In this document: one piece after another, positions 27,292 to 36,509 of the stretch
Layout: the number at the start of each line of letters is the position of its first letter
How positions within the stretch are numbered: the first letter of the stretch is position 1
Assembly: GCA_963695225.1 (NCBI GenBank)
Contig: OY968762.1
Location: forward strand, 1,856,001-1,920,000
Reading direction: 5' to 3'
DNA: 64,000 nucleotides
From: Vulcanimicrobiota bacterium
Lineage (GTDB): Bacteria; Vulcanimicrobiota; Vulcanimicrobiia; Vulcanimicrobiales; Vulcanimicrobiaceae
Program-made: the position numbers and the translations under genes
Notes under the pieces: generated by a model
Databases searched by the model: none
What the model was told of the DNA's origin: nothing
Seen by the model: the letters and a program-made list of their open reading frames with translations, nothing else

Positions 27292-29675
27292 TGAACGGCG
27301 ATCCCGGCGGAAGCCGCACCGACGTCGCCGTCGTCGTAGATCTTCATCACGGAGAGGACGAAGCGTCCGCGCTCCCGCGGCAGCACGAGATCGAACGTCT
27401 CGCGCTCGCTGCGTTCGACGCGCCAGATCAGCGTGCGCGCCGCCGCCGATCCGACGGCCGGCGGGCCCGCGTCGCCGCGCGCGACGCCTTCATCCCCGAA
27501 AAATGCGTTCGTCTTCGAACGCCCCGACGCGACCCACGTGTGCCAGCCCGGATTCTCGGAGGCAGGCGCCTGCGAGGTGGTGCCGCCGACGCGCAGCAGA
27601 TCGTCGGCGCCGTCGAACAGCGCGGAGCCGCTCGCGCGCCCGTCGGCGAGCCGGATGACCGCCGTCCCGCCCGCGCGCGAATCGCCGTCGCGCAGCGTCA
27701 CGTGCGCGACGTCGCCGGGCGCATAGCTCGCGCGATCCAAGGCGAGCACGATGTCGCGCGCGTGCCCCGGCGCATCGACCGCAAGCGGGACCGAACCTTG
27801 GACGATCGCGCCGTCCCGCACGGCAGCGGCGGCGATGCGCACGTCCCCCTGCGGCTCCCCGAGATCGACCGCCGCATTCGCATTCGTGCCGCCGGCCGGG
27901 AAGCGGCGCCAGCCGTAGACGCGCGCGCCCTCGACGGTCACGAACGCGTCGCCCTGCAAGCCGCTCGCGGCGAGCGTCACGTTCGCGCGCTGGCCTGGGC
28001 GGTAGCGCGCGCGATCCAACCCGATCTGCACGGCATCGTTGCCGCTCGCGAGCCCCGCGAGCGTGCTCGGCGCGACGAGGACGGAGCCCGCGTCGAGCGC
28101 GTGATTCGAACCTTCGGCCGCATCGGCGAGCACGAGGTTCGTCCCGAGGCTCGCGCCCCGGAAGACCACGTGCGCGCGGCCGCGCTCGTCCAGGCGCACC
28201 GCCTGTTCTTGCACGGAGGTGCCGTGCGCGAGGCGCACGCGCACGTTCAACCCCGCGCGCGGGTTCCCGTCGAGCGCATCGAAACCACGCACGAGGACCC
28301 CGATCGCGCCGCTGGGATCGACGCTTGCCGTGTCGGGATCGACCGCGAGCGCGAACGGGGCGGTCGGCACGACGATCCGCGTCGTCGCCGAAGCCCCGCT
28401 CGCCGTAACGCGGATGCCGTAGGTCGAAGCGAGCCCGTCCGCCGGCGCCCCGAGCGAAAAGCGCGCGCGGCCTTGACCGTCGGTCTGCAAGCTCCGGTCG
28501 TAGACCGTCGTCGTCCCCCAACGCGGGACGTCGTCCGTGACGCCGGCCGGCAAGACGTGCGGCGTCCGCACGACGCGGACCCTGATCGCGAGATTCGGCG
28601 CGGGCTGCGCGCCGCGCATCGCGACGATCGTCAGCGGAACGTCGTTCGCAGCCGAGCACGGGCAGTTCGCGACGATCGAAAGGCGCGCATCGCTGGTGGC
28701 GTCGACGGTCAGCGACGTGCCCCCGACCGCACCGCCGGCGCTCGCCAAGACCGCATACTCACCCGCCGCCGCACTCTCGGGGACGGCGAGCACGGATGAA
28801 AACGCGCCCGAAGCGTCGAGACGTTCCGTCACGCCGGCGAGCGTCTTCCCCTGCGCCGAGAGCGCGATGCGCACGTCGCCGGACATCGGCTTCATTTGCC
28901 CGCCGGCGCGCTTGCGAGCGAAGCCGGCGAGCCGCACTCCCGTTCCGGCGCGAACGACGGCCGTTTCGAGACGGAGCCCCACGATCGCGGGCGGTAACGG
29001 CGCCTGCGGCAACATCGAGACGAACGCGCGGCTCCGGCCGAAGGCGGCGAGCGCGAACGCCGGGCGCTGCGCTTCCGACCACGCGATCAAGCCGTTGTCG
29101 TCGGTGGCCTTGCTTACGAGGTGCAGGCCGACCAGAAACTCGACCGTCGCGCCGCGGATCGCGCGCCCTGTCCCGAGATCGACGGCCCAGAGCATGAGCC
29201 CCTCGGGACTCTCCTTCGTCAGCAAGCCGAGCCTCGTGCGATTCAGCCAGACCTGTTCGGCCGCGGCGCCGCGCCGCGCTTCGATCACGAAGAACCCTTC
29301 GCGGTCGCCGAGCGGCGCGTCGACGTCGTTCGTCACGAAACGATACCCCGAGGGCGGCGAGAAGCGCCACCGCGCGACCGGCGCGCGCGTGGACGTATCG
29401 AGCGCCCGCGCAGGATGATTCGCGCCGGCAACGATCACGTCCGCCGGATCGACCTCATAGGCGGCGAAATCGACGGGCGCCGACGAGTAGGTGTCGAGAT
29501 GGACGCGCGCAGGCTTCCACGGCAGCGAGACGTCCGGGGCGAACAGCGAGAAGTACGCGTCCCATTGGTGCTGGTCGAGCAAGGGACGCCCGGCGCGCCC
29601 GCTCGTGGGGAGCAGCGCGACGACGAGGGCTAGCGCAAACGCGGCGAACGCGCGCCGGGCGAGGCCGATCGTCAT
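27288..29675 (-). CDS. Secreted macroglobulin (MG)-domain protein, A2M N-terminal-half-like, no thioester domain
   Basis: Signal peptide; DLGTGRAIRGATV, LDRARYRPGQ, LDRASYAPGD; no CxEQ. Confidence 0.6.
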   Translation of the reverse strand: MTIGLARRAFAAFALALVVALLPTSGRAGRPLLDQHQWDAYFSLFAPDVSLPWKPARVHLDTYSSAPVDFAAYEVDPADVIVAGANHPARALDTSTRAPVARWRFSPPSGYRFVTNDVDAPLGDREGFFVIEARRGAAAEQVWLNRTRLGLLTKESPEGLMLWAVDLGTGRAIRGATVEFLVGLHLVSKATDDNGLIAWSEAQRPAFALAAFGRSRAFVSMLPQAPLPPAIVGLRLETAVVRAGTGVRLAGFARKRAGGQMKPMSGDVRIALSAQGKTLAGVTERLDASGAFSSVLAVPESAAAGEYAVLASAGGAVGGTSLTVDATSDARLSIVANCPCSAANDVPLTIVAMRGAQPAPNLAIRVRVVRTPHVLPAGVTDDVPRWGTTTVYDRSLQTDGQGRARFSLGAPADGLASTYGIRVTASGASATTRIVVPTAPFALAVDPDTASVDPSGAIGVLVRGFDALDGNPRAGLNVRVRLAHGTSVQEQAVRLDERGRAHVVFRGASLGTNLVLADAAEGSNHALDAGSVLVAPSTLAGLASGNDAVQIGLDRARYRPGQRANVTLAASGLQGDAFVTVEGARVYGWRRFPAGGTNANAAVDLGEPQGDVRIAAAAVRDGAIVQGSVPLAVDAPGHARDIVLALDRASYAPGDVAHVTLRDGDSRAGGTAVIRLADGRASGSALFDGADDLLRVGGTTSQAPASENPGWHTWVASGRSKTNAFFGDEGVARGDAGPPAVGSAAARTLIWRVERSERETFDLVLPRERGRFVLSVMKIYDDGDVGAASAGIAVQ

Positions 29676-29679
29676 GCCG

Positions 29680-30099
29680 TTACGTCGGATCGTAGTACAT
29701 CGTCCCTACGAAATTCTGCGGGACGCGGAAGCCGGCCGTGTACTTGCGCGTTTCGCCGGCCCGCAGGACCGCGCGGTCGTTCGCGATCCCGACGAGCTGG
29801 ACGGCGCCGCTCTCCTGCCCCGGAAAACGGCGCCGGCTTTCGTCTTCCAGCGTGAACTTCTCGATGCGCGGGACGAAGTCGCGGCCGAGCTTGTTCGTGT
29901 AGGCGAACGTGCATACGAGAAAGACGGCCCCGCCTTCGGCGGACGCATCGCTCGCCCGGGAGCGCGTGACGTTCGCGAGGACGATGTCCGGCGCGGTGTG
30001 GATGCCCTCGCCGCCGGTCGAAGCAACCGGTTCCTTACATGCGGCCAAGCCCGCGAGGGCGATCGACGCGCAGAACGAGAGGGCGAGGAGGCGGCGCAT
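29680..30099 (-). CDS. Hypothetical lipoprotein (DUF4352-like Ig fold possible)
   Basis: Signal MRRLLALSF...LAAC lipobox; LRAGETRKYTAGFRVP; reading frame is open upstream to 30285. Confidence 0.65.
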   Translation of the reverse strand: MRRLLALSFCASIALAGLAACKEPVASTGGEGIHTAPDIVLANVTRSRASDASAEGGAVFLVCTFAYTNKLGRDFVPRIEKFTLEDESRRRFPGQESGAVQLVGIANDRAVLRAGETRKYTAGFRVPQNFVGTMYYDPT

Positions 30100-30335
30100 G
30101 AGTGACCTCGGCTTCGGCGGCGCGTGGAGGCATCCCCCGCACCGATGCCAAAGCGCGTTCGACGTGGACGGACAGCATGGGGCGAGGCGGCCCACTTCGA
30201 CGAACTGCCGGTCGTGCGGACATGGGCCCGGGATCGAATCATCCGCGGACCTCTCCGCTCGTTCGAACGTGTACCAGGTCGTCATCGCCTGCGCCGTCTG
30301 CGCCGGCGTCTTCGCCGCCTTTTCGCGAAACTAGC

Positions 30336-30875
30336 GTGGCCGTGCCCGGGCTTCGCGCCGCGCTCCTCGCCCTCGGCCTCGCCCTCGCGCTGCTCGCGCC
30401 GCCCGCGGGCGCGCAAACGGCCAAGCCGGAGGCCGCGAACGCCACGCTCAACGCTCGCCTGAAAGCGGCCGCGCAGCCGACTCCGCTCCCGTCGCCGCCG
30501 CTCCCGAAAACGGAGCAGCACTCCGCGTTCACCGTCACGACGAACAAGAAGGGGCAAGTCGTCACCGCCAAGCCCCAAACCAAGGCGCGGGACTCGGCCT
30601 TCAACCTGATGACGTACGGGAACGTGCTGCAGATGTTCATCCGCACGACCGGCGGGCAGGCGATCCCCGGAACGTACCTCGTGTCCTACGATTACTCTCC
30701 GGCCTCGAAGACCGTCAAGCGCGGGGTCGCGCTCGTCAAGGAAGGGGGCGTCGACCCGAACGCGCTCGGCGCCGTCGACCGGATGATCGAAGCCGATCGC
30801 AAGAATGCCGAACGCGCGGCCGCCGACCGAAAAGCGAGGCACACCGCGCCCTCCGCGACTCCCGGCGCCCGGTGA
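30336..30875 (+). CDS. Hypothetical secreted protein
   Basis: Signal peptide (LRAALLALGLALALLAPPAGA), typical high-GC codon usage; start approximate. Confidence 0.65.
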   Translation: MAVPGLRAALLALGLALALLAPPAGAQTAKPEAANATLNARLKAAAQPTPLPSPPLPKTEQHSAFTVTTNKKGQVVTAKPQTKARDSAFNLMTYGNVLQMFIRTTGGQAIPGTYLVSYDYSPASKTVKRGVALVKEGGVDPNALGAVDRMIEADRKNAERAAADRKARHTAPSATPGAR

Positions 30876-30911
30876 CACCCGTCATCGCCCTACGCTGCGT
30901 CCCGGGATAGG

Positions 30912-31547
30912 GTGGAGGGCATGCGCGCGATCGATGTTGCCCCGGCCGAAGACGCCGTCGCCCTGCTCGAGCGGACCGCGCACGCGCTGCGCTTCGCCCC
31001 CGGCCCTCTTCCGCCGCCCGCGCTGCGGCGGATCGTCGAAGCGGGCCGGCTCTCCCCTTCCCTCTATAACGCGCAGCCGTTCCGCTTCATCGTCGTGCGG
31101 CAGGGCGCGAACTACGAGCGGCTCCGCGCAGCCGCCGATCTCTCGCGGGATACGTTCGTGAAGAACCGCGCGCTGTTCGCGCGCATGAACAAGCGCCTGA
31201 ACCATCCTGCGTTCGTGCGCGGGCTCGAGCGCCAGAGCGCCGGGCCCGTCCTCCCCGAACACGGGGCCGCGATCGTCGTGCTGCGCGACGACGGGCTGAC
31301 CGAATCCGTCGAAGCGTGCGCCTGCGCGCTGCTGGCGATGCAGCTCGAAGCGACGGCCTGCGGCTTAGCGAGCGCGATGACGAGTTGGACGCGCGGCCTG
31401 CGGTTTCAGAAGGATACCGTCGCCTGGCTCGGAGTGCCGAAGGGCTTTGAAATCTTCACGAGCCTCGTCGTCGGGAACCCCGCCGGTCCGCTCGAACGCG
31501 TCGAAAAGGCTCGCCTCCCGCTCGAAGAAGCGGTACGCTGGATCTGA
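30912..31547 (+). CDS. Nitroreductase family protein
   Basis: AGRLSPSLYNAQPFRFIVV, MQLEATACGLAS, KARLPLEE. Confidence 0.8.
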   Translation: MEGMRAIDVAPAEDAVALLERTAHALRFAPGPLPPPALRRIVEAGRLSPSLYNAQPFRFIVVRQGANYERLRAAADLSRDTFVKNRALFARMNKRLNHPAFVRGLERQSAGPVLPEHGAAIVVLRDDGLTESVEACACALLAMQLEATACGLASAMTSWTRGLRFQKDTVAWLGVPKGFEIFTSLVVGNPAGPLERVEKARLPLEEAVRWI

Positions 31548-31563
31548 CCGAACGGAGGACGGC

Positions 31564-31806
31564 ATGCCGCGCGACCCCGCGATGACCTGGTGGCTGAAGA
31601 ACCGCGGCTCGCTCGACGATGCCGTGGATCGCGACATCGAGCGCAGTTGCGGCTCGAAGGATGCCTACGAGAGCGAGGCCGTCGCGCGCGCGCACGCGGC
31701 GATGAACGGGATGGCGGGCGTCCTCTTCACCTATCGCTGCCGCTATTGCGACATGTGGCACCTGACCCGCCGTCCCACGAAGGCGAGCGAACCCGAGGAG
31801 CGCTGA
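31564..31806 (+). CDS. Small putative zinc-binding protein
   Basis: GGAGG RBS; CGSKDAY...YRCRYCDMWHLT. Confidence 0.65.
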   Translation: MPRDPAMTWWLKNRGSLDDAVDRDIERSCGSKDAYESEAVARAHAAMNGMAGVLFTYRCRYCDMWHLTRRPTKASEPEER

Positions 31807-31829
31807 AAGCCCTTCGCCAAGGGTCCGGC

Positions 31830-32678
31830 GTGCGTTACGTCAGCTTCCTCTCGGGCGGGGTCGTCCGCCCCGGCCTCCTCGAGGGCGACCTGGTCCGCCC
31901 GCTGCCGTCCCGAATTCCGGCGCTGCTCGACTACATCGCGCTCGCCCCGGAAGAGCGCGCAGCCCTCGAACTCGAGGCGCCGCTCCCGCTCGCGAGCCTC
32001 ACGCTCGCGGCCCCGGTGCGGCCCCGCAAGAACGTCGTCTGCGTCGGACGCAACTATCTGGGGCACGCCGAAGAGGTCGCGCGGGCGAGTGGGAAGCCGC
32101 TCAACCTGCCGAGCGTCCCCACGTTCTTCACGAAAGCCCCGACGGCCATTTCCGACCCGGGCGCGACGCTGCGCCTCTCCGCCGCGGTCTCCTCGGAATA
32201 CGATTGGGAAGCCGAACTCGCCGTCCTCATCGGCGCGCGTTGCCGCGACGTGCCCGAGGAAGCGGCGCTAGAGGCCGTGTTCGGCTATGCCTGCCTCAAC
32301 GACGTGACCGCCCGCGATCTGCAGCGCGCCCACCAACAATGGTTCAAGGGCAAGAGCCTGGACGGCACCTGTCCGATCGGCCCTTGGATCGTCGGCGCAG
32401 ACGAGATCGGCGATCCCCAAACGCTCGAAATCTCCCTCCGGCTCAACGGCGAGACGAAGCAACGCGCGAGCACGTCGACGATGATCTTCAGCGTCCGCAA
32501 GGTGATCGCATCGCTCTCGCGCGGGATGACCCTCGAGCCCGGCGACGTGATCGCGACCGGGACGCCGGACGGCGTCGGATTCGCGCGGACGCCGCCCGAA
32601 TTCCTCAAGGACGGGGACGTGCTCGAAGTCGAGATCGAGAAGATCGGCGTCCTGCGCAACGCGATCGCGCTACGCTAG
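31830..32678 (+). CDS. Fumarylacetoacetate hydrolase family protein
   Basis: CVGRNY, DWEAELAV, NDVTARDLQ, WFKGKS, TGTPDGVG. Confidence 0.93.
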   Translation: MRYVSFLSGGVVRPGLLEGDLVRPLPSRIPALLDYIALAPEERAALELEAPLPLASLTLAAPVRPRKNVVCVGRNYLGHAEEVARASGKPLNLPSVPTFFTKAPTAISDPGATLRLSAAVSSEYDWEAELAVLIGARCRDVPEEAALEAVFGYACLNDVTARDLQRAHQQWFKGKSLDGTCPIGPWIVGADEIGDPQTLEISLRLNGETKQRASTSTMIFSVRKVIASLSRGMTLEPGDVIATGTPDGVGFARTPPEFLKDGDVLEVEIEKIGVLRNAIALR

Positions 32679-34450
32679 CGGCCGAGGTCGATCTCGTACA
32701 GCGCGGCGTCGTAACGCGGTCCGGCGATCGCGTGTGCCGCCGACGTCCGTTCGCGCTGGAATTGCGCGAGCGGGATCAGATACAGCAGCCGGTCTCCGCC
32801 GCGGAGTTCGTCCGTGCGGCGGACGGAGACGAGGCGGCCGCCGCGCCAGACCCAAAGCGGGACGATGTCGCGGGTGGAGAGTTCCCCGTTCGGAGGAACG
32901 ATCCGTTCGCTGACGCCGTATGCTTGATCGCCGATCGTGACCCGGCCGCGGGCTCCCGGCGTCGCGGCGAGGCCGGCGAACGCCGGCGCCGCCAAGCCGG
33001 CGGTCGCGAACGTCGTATCGATATCGAAATGCCGCACGATCGAGCTCGCAAACGCGGCGTCGCCGATCCGCATGATGACGGGGAGCGTTCCGTTCCGGGC
33101 GCGCGCCCCGAGCGCGACCTCGAGGTTCATCGTATCGCTCTCGGTCAGCGCGACGAGCGCGGCCGCCTCCTCGAGCGAGCAGAGTTCGAGCGTCTCCTCC
33201 GCCGTCGCGTCCCCGGTCAGCAGATCGATCTCGCCCCTCCGCGAGAGCTCGACGATCGCGTCGTTCGGCCGGACGTCGATCGCGACGACCCGGCGGTCCA
33301 ACTCCAGGAGGTACTCGATCACTTGCGAGCCGACTTGCCCCGCCCCGCAGACGATGACGTGCCCGCGCCGTTCGATGCGGCGCAAGCCCTGCGAGAGGAT
33401 GAACTCCGCCTGCGTGAGGCGCGAGGCGACGATCGCGATGAACAGTCCCGAGAGAATCAGGCCGCTGAGCATGAGGAAGATCGCGAGGATCTCTGCGGCG
33501 GGGCCGTGCGCGCGAATGATCCGGTCGTCGAAGCCCGTGTTCGTCATCGTCTGGACGACGAGGTAGAACGCCGAGAGCGGATCGAGGCCGAGCGCGTACA
33601 GAAAGAACGCCGTGCCGCAGACGACGGTCGCCAGCGTGACGGCGAACAGGATGCGGACGATCGGATCGATGCGGCCGACGGCGCGCAAAATCGCGTTCAA
33701 GGCGGCGCGTCTCGTGGCGCGGCCGCCGAGGAACGGGCCGGAGACGCTCCGGGCGGTCGACCGTCGCGACGCAACGGCCGCGCAGGTGATCAACTCGGCG
33801 CCGGCCGGAATCTCCTGGCCGGCGTCTGCGGCCGGGCTGCCGTCGAGCGCGAGGATCCGCGCGCCGAGCCGGCGCTCCCCCTCCTCGACCGTGAGCCCTG
33901 CAGTCCCGCTCCCCTCGGCGCTTCGGCGCGCGAAGCCGAGCAGCGGCCCCTGGCGGTCAGGGAACTCGACGCCGTAGAACGCAGCCGGATCGACGGCCGC
34001 GGCCGCGTAGGTCGCCGCGGAGTGGGATGCGAGGGAGAGCACCGAACAATTGTGCAGGTTCTGGGCGACTTTGTGCCCGAGCGTCCGGTTGAACTGGCGC
34101 AAGACGAGCCGGATCTGCGGGTTGAGGTCCCGGGCGCGCAGCGCGATCTGGAGGTTGAACCGGTCGTCCGGGGCGAGCGCGATCAGGCTCGCTGCCTCCC
34201 GGACGCCGGCCACGATCAGCGCGTCCGTTCCGTGCTCGTCGTACGGCACGAAGCGGGCCCCAAGCCGGCGGACCTGTGTCGCAAACTCTTCGGAGGGCAG
34301 GGTCATGACCGCGCACCGGTGGATCCCCGGCCGGGAGATTTCCGCGCAGACGCGCAGCGCCAGCGCATCCGGCTCGCCGATGATGAGGATCAACGCACGC
34401 TCGCTCGCGGACGGAGGCGGTTCGATCTCGGCCACGGGGATCGATTTCAA
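32675..34450 (-). CDS. Ion channel-like protein with two RCK (TrkA-N) domains flanking a 2-TM pore
   Basis: DDRFNLQIALRARDLNP; TM-pore (QTMTNTGFDD)-TM; HVIVCGAGQVG, GDAT, DTMNLEVALGAR. Confidence 0.85.
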   Translation of the reverse strand: MKSIPVAEIEPPPSASERALILIIGEPDALALRVCAEISRPGIHRCAVMTLPSEEFATQVRRLGARFVPYDEHGTDALIVAGVREAASLIALAPDDRFNLQIALRARDLNPQIRLVLRQFNRTLGHKVAQNLHNCSVLSLASHSAATYAAAAVDPAAFYGVEFPDRQGPLLGFARRSAEGSGTAGLTVEEGERRLGARILALDGSPAADAGQEIPAGAELITCAAVASRRSTARSVSGPFLGGRATRRAALNAILRAVGRIDPIVRILFAVTLATVVCGTAFFLYALGLDPLSAFYLVVQTMTNTGFDDRIIRAHGPAAEILAIFLMLSGLILSGLFIAIVASRLTQAEFILSQGLRRIERRGHVIVCGAGQVGSQVIEYLLELDRRVVAIDVRPNDAIVELSRRGEIDLLTGDATAEETLELCSLEEAAALVALTESDTMNLEVALGARARNGTLPVIMRIGDAAFASSIVRHFDIDTTFATAGLAAPAFAGLAATPGARGRVTIGDQAYGVSERIVPPNGELSTRDIVPLWVWRGGRLVSVRRTDELRGGDRLLYLIPLAQFQRERTSAAHAIAGPRYDAALYEIDLGR

Positions 34451-34535
34451 GAAGGGGCGGTCCGCGCCCCGTTAACCGGCAAGAGGAGCGGGCGCAACCG
34501 CGCTTCCGGCGGCGTCGAACCGCTCGGAGGCACCG

Positions 34536-34904
34536 GTGATCGGAACGATTCTCGCCTACGCGGCGGCCACGGCATTCATCTCGCTCGGACTCGGCGCGCT
34601 CGCGGCGCCGAAAACGTCCTCACGCCAATACGGGCTCGCAACGGACGACGAGGACGCGCTTGCGTACGTGCGCGCGCTGGGCGTGCGCGATCTCGTACTC
34701 GGACTGGCGTTGTTCGCGTTCTCGCTCGCGCGGGAAGGGAACGCCGCCGCGATCGTCGCCGAGTTCGGCGCCTTGATCGGCTTTTCGGATTTCCTAATTG
34801 TCGCAGCGCGGCGCGGAAATGCGGCACGTAGGAACCTCGTGATTCACGGTGCGGGGACGATCGGGCTCCTCGGGGTCTGGATAGCGATCCGTTTAGGCTC
34901 CTAG
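34536..34904 (+). CDS. DUF4267-like small membrane protein
   Basis: YGL...ALGVRDLVLG, IHGAG; GGAGG RBS. Confidence 0.7.
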   Translation: MIGTILAYAAATAFISLGLGALAAPKTSSRQYGLATDDEDALAYVRALGVRDLVLGLALFAFSLAREGNAAAIVAEFGALIGFSDFLIVAARRGNAARRNLVIHGAGTIGLLGVWIAIRLGS

Positions 34905-35055
34905 AACGAGCGCAGATCTTCGCCCGCAACGCGGGTGCCGCGAAAAACAAATCTTCAAAATGTCCAAGGAGCAACGGCACCTGCTGCGGTAATGCCCCTG
35001 CTTTCGGCCCATTACGCCGAAAGTTTTCCATTGACCGTGAAGGGATTATCGCAGC

Positions 35056-36201
35056 ATGTTGATCGGCGTTCCGACGGAAGTCGCGCCAGGGGAGCGGCGC
35101 GTCGCACTCGTTCCGGAGACCGTCGCGCGCATGACGAAGGACGGTTGGAACGTGATCGTTCAGCGCGGGGCCGGTGCGGCAGCGTCGTTCGTCGATGCGG
35201 CGTATGAAAAGGCCGGGGCACAGTTCGCCGCCGATGCAGCAGAGCTCTATGCAAAAGCGGACCTCATCACGAAAGTGCAGCGGCCCACCGACGCGGAGCT
35301 CGCACTCCTGCGCGAAGGCACGACGCTCATCGCGTTCCTTGCGCCGCTCGGCGATCCCGAATCGGTAGAGAAACTCAACGCACGCAAGGTCACGGCCCTC
35401 TCGATGGATGCGATCCCTCGCATCACGCGCGCCCAAAGCATGGATGCGCTCTCCTCTCAGAGCAACGTCGCCGGATACAAAGCGGTGCTTCTAGCAGCCG
35501 CCGCCCTGCCGCGTTTCTTCCCGATGCTCACGACCGCCGCCGGCACGATCCCGCCCGCGAAGGTGCTCGTCCTCGGTGCGGGCGTCGCGGGCTTGCAAGC
35601 GATCGCGACCGCCCGGCGTCTCGGCGCCGTCGTCTCCGGATACGATACGCGCGCGGTCGTCAAAGAGCAGGTGCAGTCGCTGGGTGCGAAGTTCCTCGAG
35701 CTCGACCTCGGCGGAGACGCCGAAGGCGCGGGCGGCTACGCCAAAGAGCTCTCCGCCGAGCAGATCGACAAACAGCGCGCGTTCATGGTGAAGCACATCG
35801 GCGATTCCGATTGCGTGATCACGACCGCCGCCGTCCCGGGCAAGCGCGCTCCGATCCTCATCACCGAAGAAGCCGTGAAAGCGATGAAGCCGGGGAGCGT
35901 CATCGTCGATCTCGCCTCCGAGACCGGCGGGAATTGCGCGCTGACCGAGCCCGGCGAGGTCGTCGTCAAGAACGACGTCACGATCGTCGGCACGAAGAAC
36001 ATCCCCTCGACGATGCCCTATCACTCGAGCCAACTCTACTCGCGCAACGTTCTAACGCTGCTCCAGCATCTCATCAAGGACGGCGCCCCGAACTTTGATT
36101 GGAACGACGAGATCACGAAAGGCACAACGTTGACCCACGACGGAACGATCATCCACCCGCCGACGCTCGCCGCCCTCGCCGCGAAGGGGGCAAGCGCGTG
36201 A
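35056..36201 (+). CDS. pntA: NAD(P) transhydrogenase alpha subunit, part 1 (NAD-binding)
   Basis: GERRVALVPE, RAQSMDALSSQ, GAGVAGLQAI, GAGGYAKE, GGNC. Confidence 0.97.
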   Translation: MLIGVPTEVAPGERRVALVPETVARMTKDGWNVIVQRGAGAAASFVDAAYEKAGAQFAADAAELYAKADLITKVQRPTDAELALLREGTTLIAFLAPLGDPESVEKLNARKVTALSMDAIPRITRAQSMDALSSQSNVAGYKAVLLAAAALPRFFPMLTTAAGTIPPAKVLVLGAGVAGLQAIATARRLGAVVSGYDTRAVVKEQVQSLGAKFLELDLGGDAEGAGGYAKELSAEQIDKQRAFMVKHIGDSDCVITTAAVPGKRAPILITEEAVKAMKPGSVIVDLASETGGNCALTEPGEVVVKNDVTIVGTKNIPSTMPYHSSQLYSRNVLTLLQHLIKDGAPNFDWNDEITKGTTLTHDGTIIHPPTLAALAAKGASA

Positions 36202-36509
36202 GCCCACAGCTCCTAACCGAATTCACGATCTTTATCCTTTCGGTCTTCGTCGGGCTCGAAGTCATCTCGAAGGTGCCGACGATGCTGCACACGCCGTTGA
36301 TGTCCGCAACGAACGCGATCCACGGCATCGTGCTCGTCGGCGCGCTGCTGGTCGCGGGAGTCGCCGAACCCAAGCTCGGCGTGTTCCTCTCGGTCATCGT
36401 CGTGATCCTCGCATCGCTCAACGTCTTCGGCGGCTTCGTCGTGACCGAGCGCATGTTGCAGATGTTCAAGCCGCGCTCCACGCCGGGTGGCGACGGGGCT
36501 AAGAAATGA
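36198..36509 (+). CDS. pntA: NAD(P) transhydrogenase alpha subunit, part 2 (membrane)
   Basis: VPTMLHTPLMSATNAIHG, NVFGGFVVTERML. Confidence 0.95.
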   Translation: MSPQLLTEFTIFILSVFVGLEVISKVPTMLHTPLMSATNAIHGIVLVGALLVAGVAEPKLGVFLSVIVVILASLNVFGGFVVTERMLQMFKPRSTPGGDGAKK

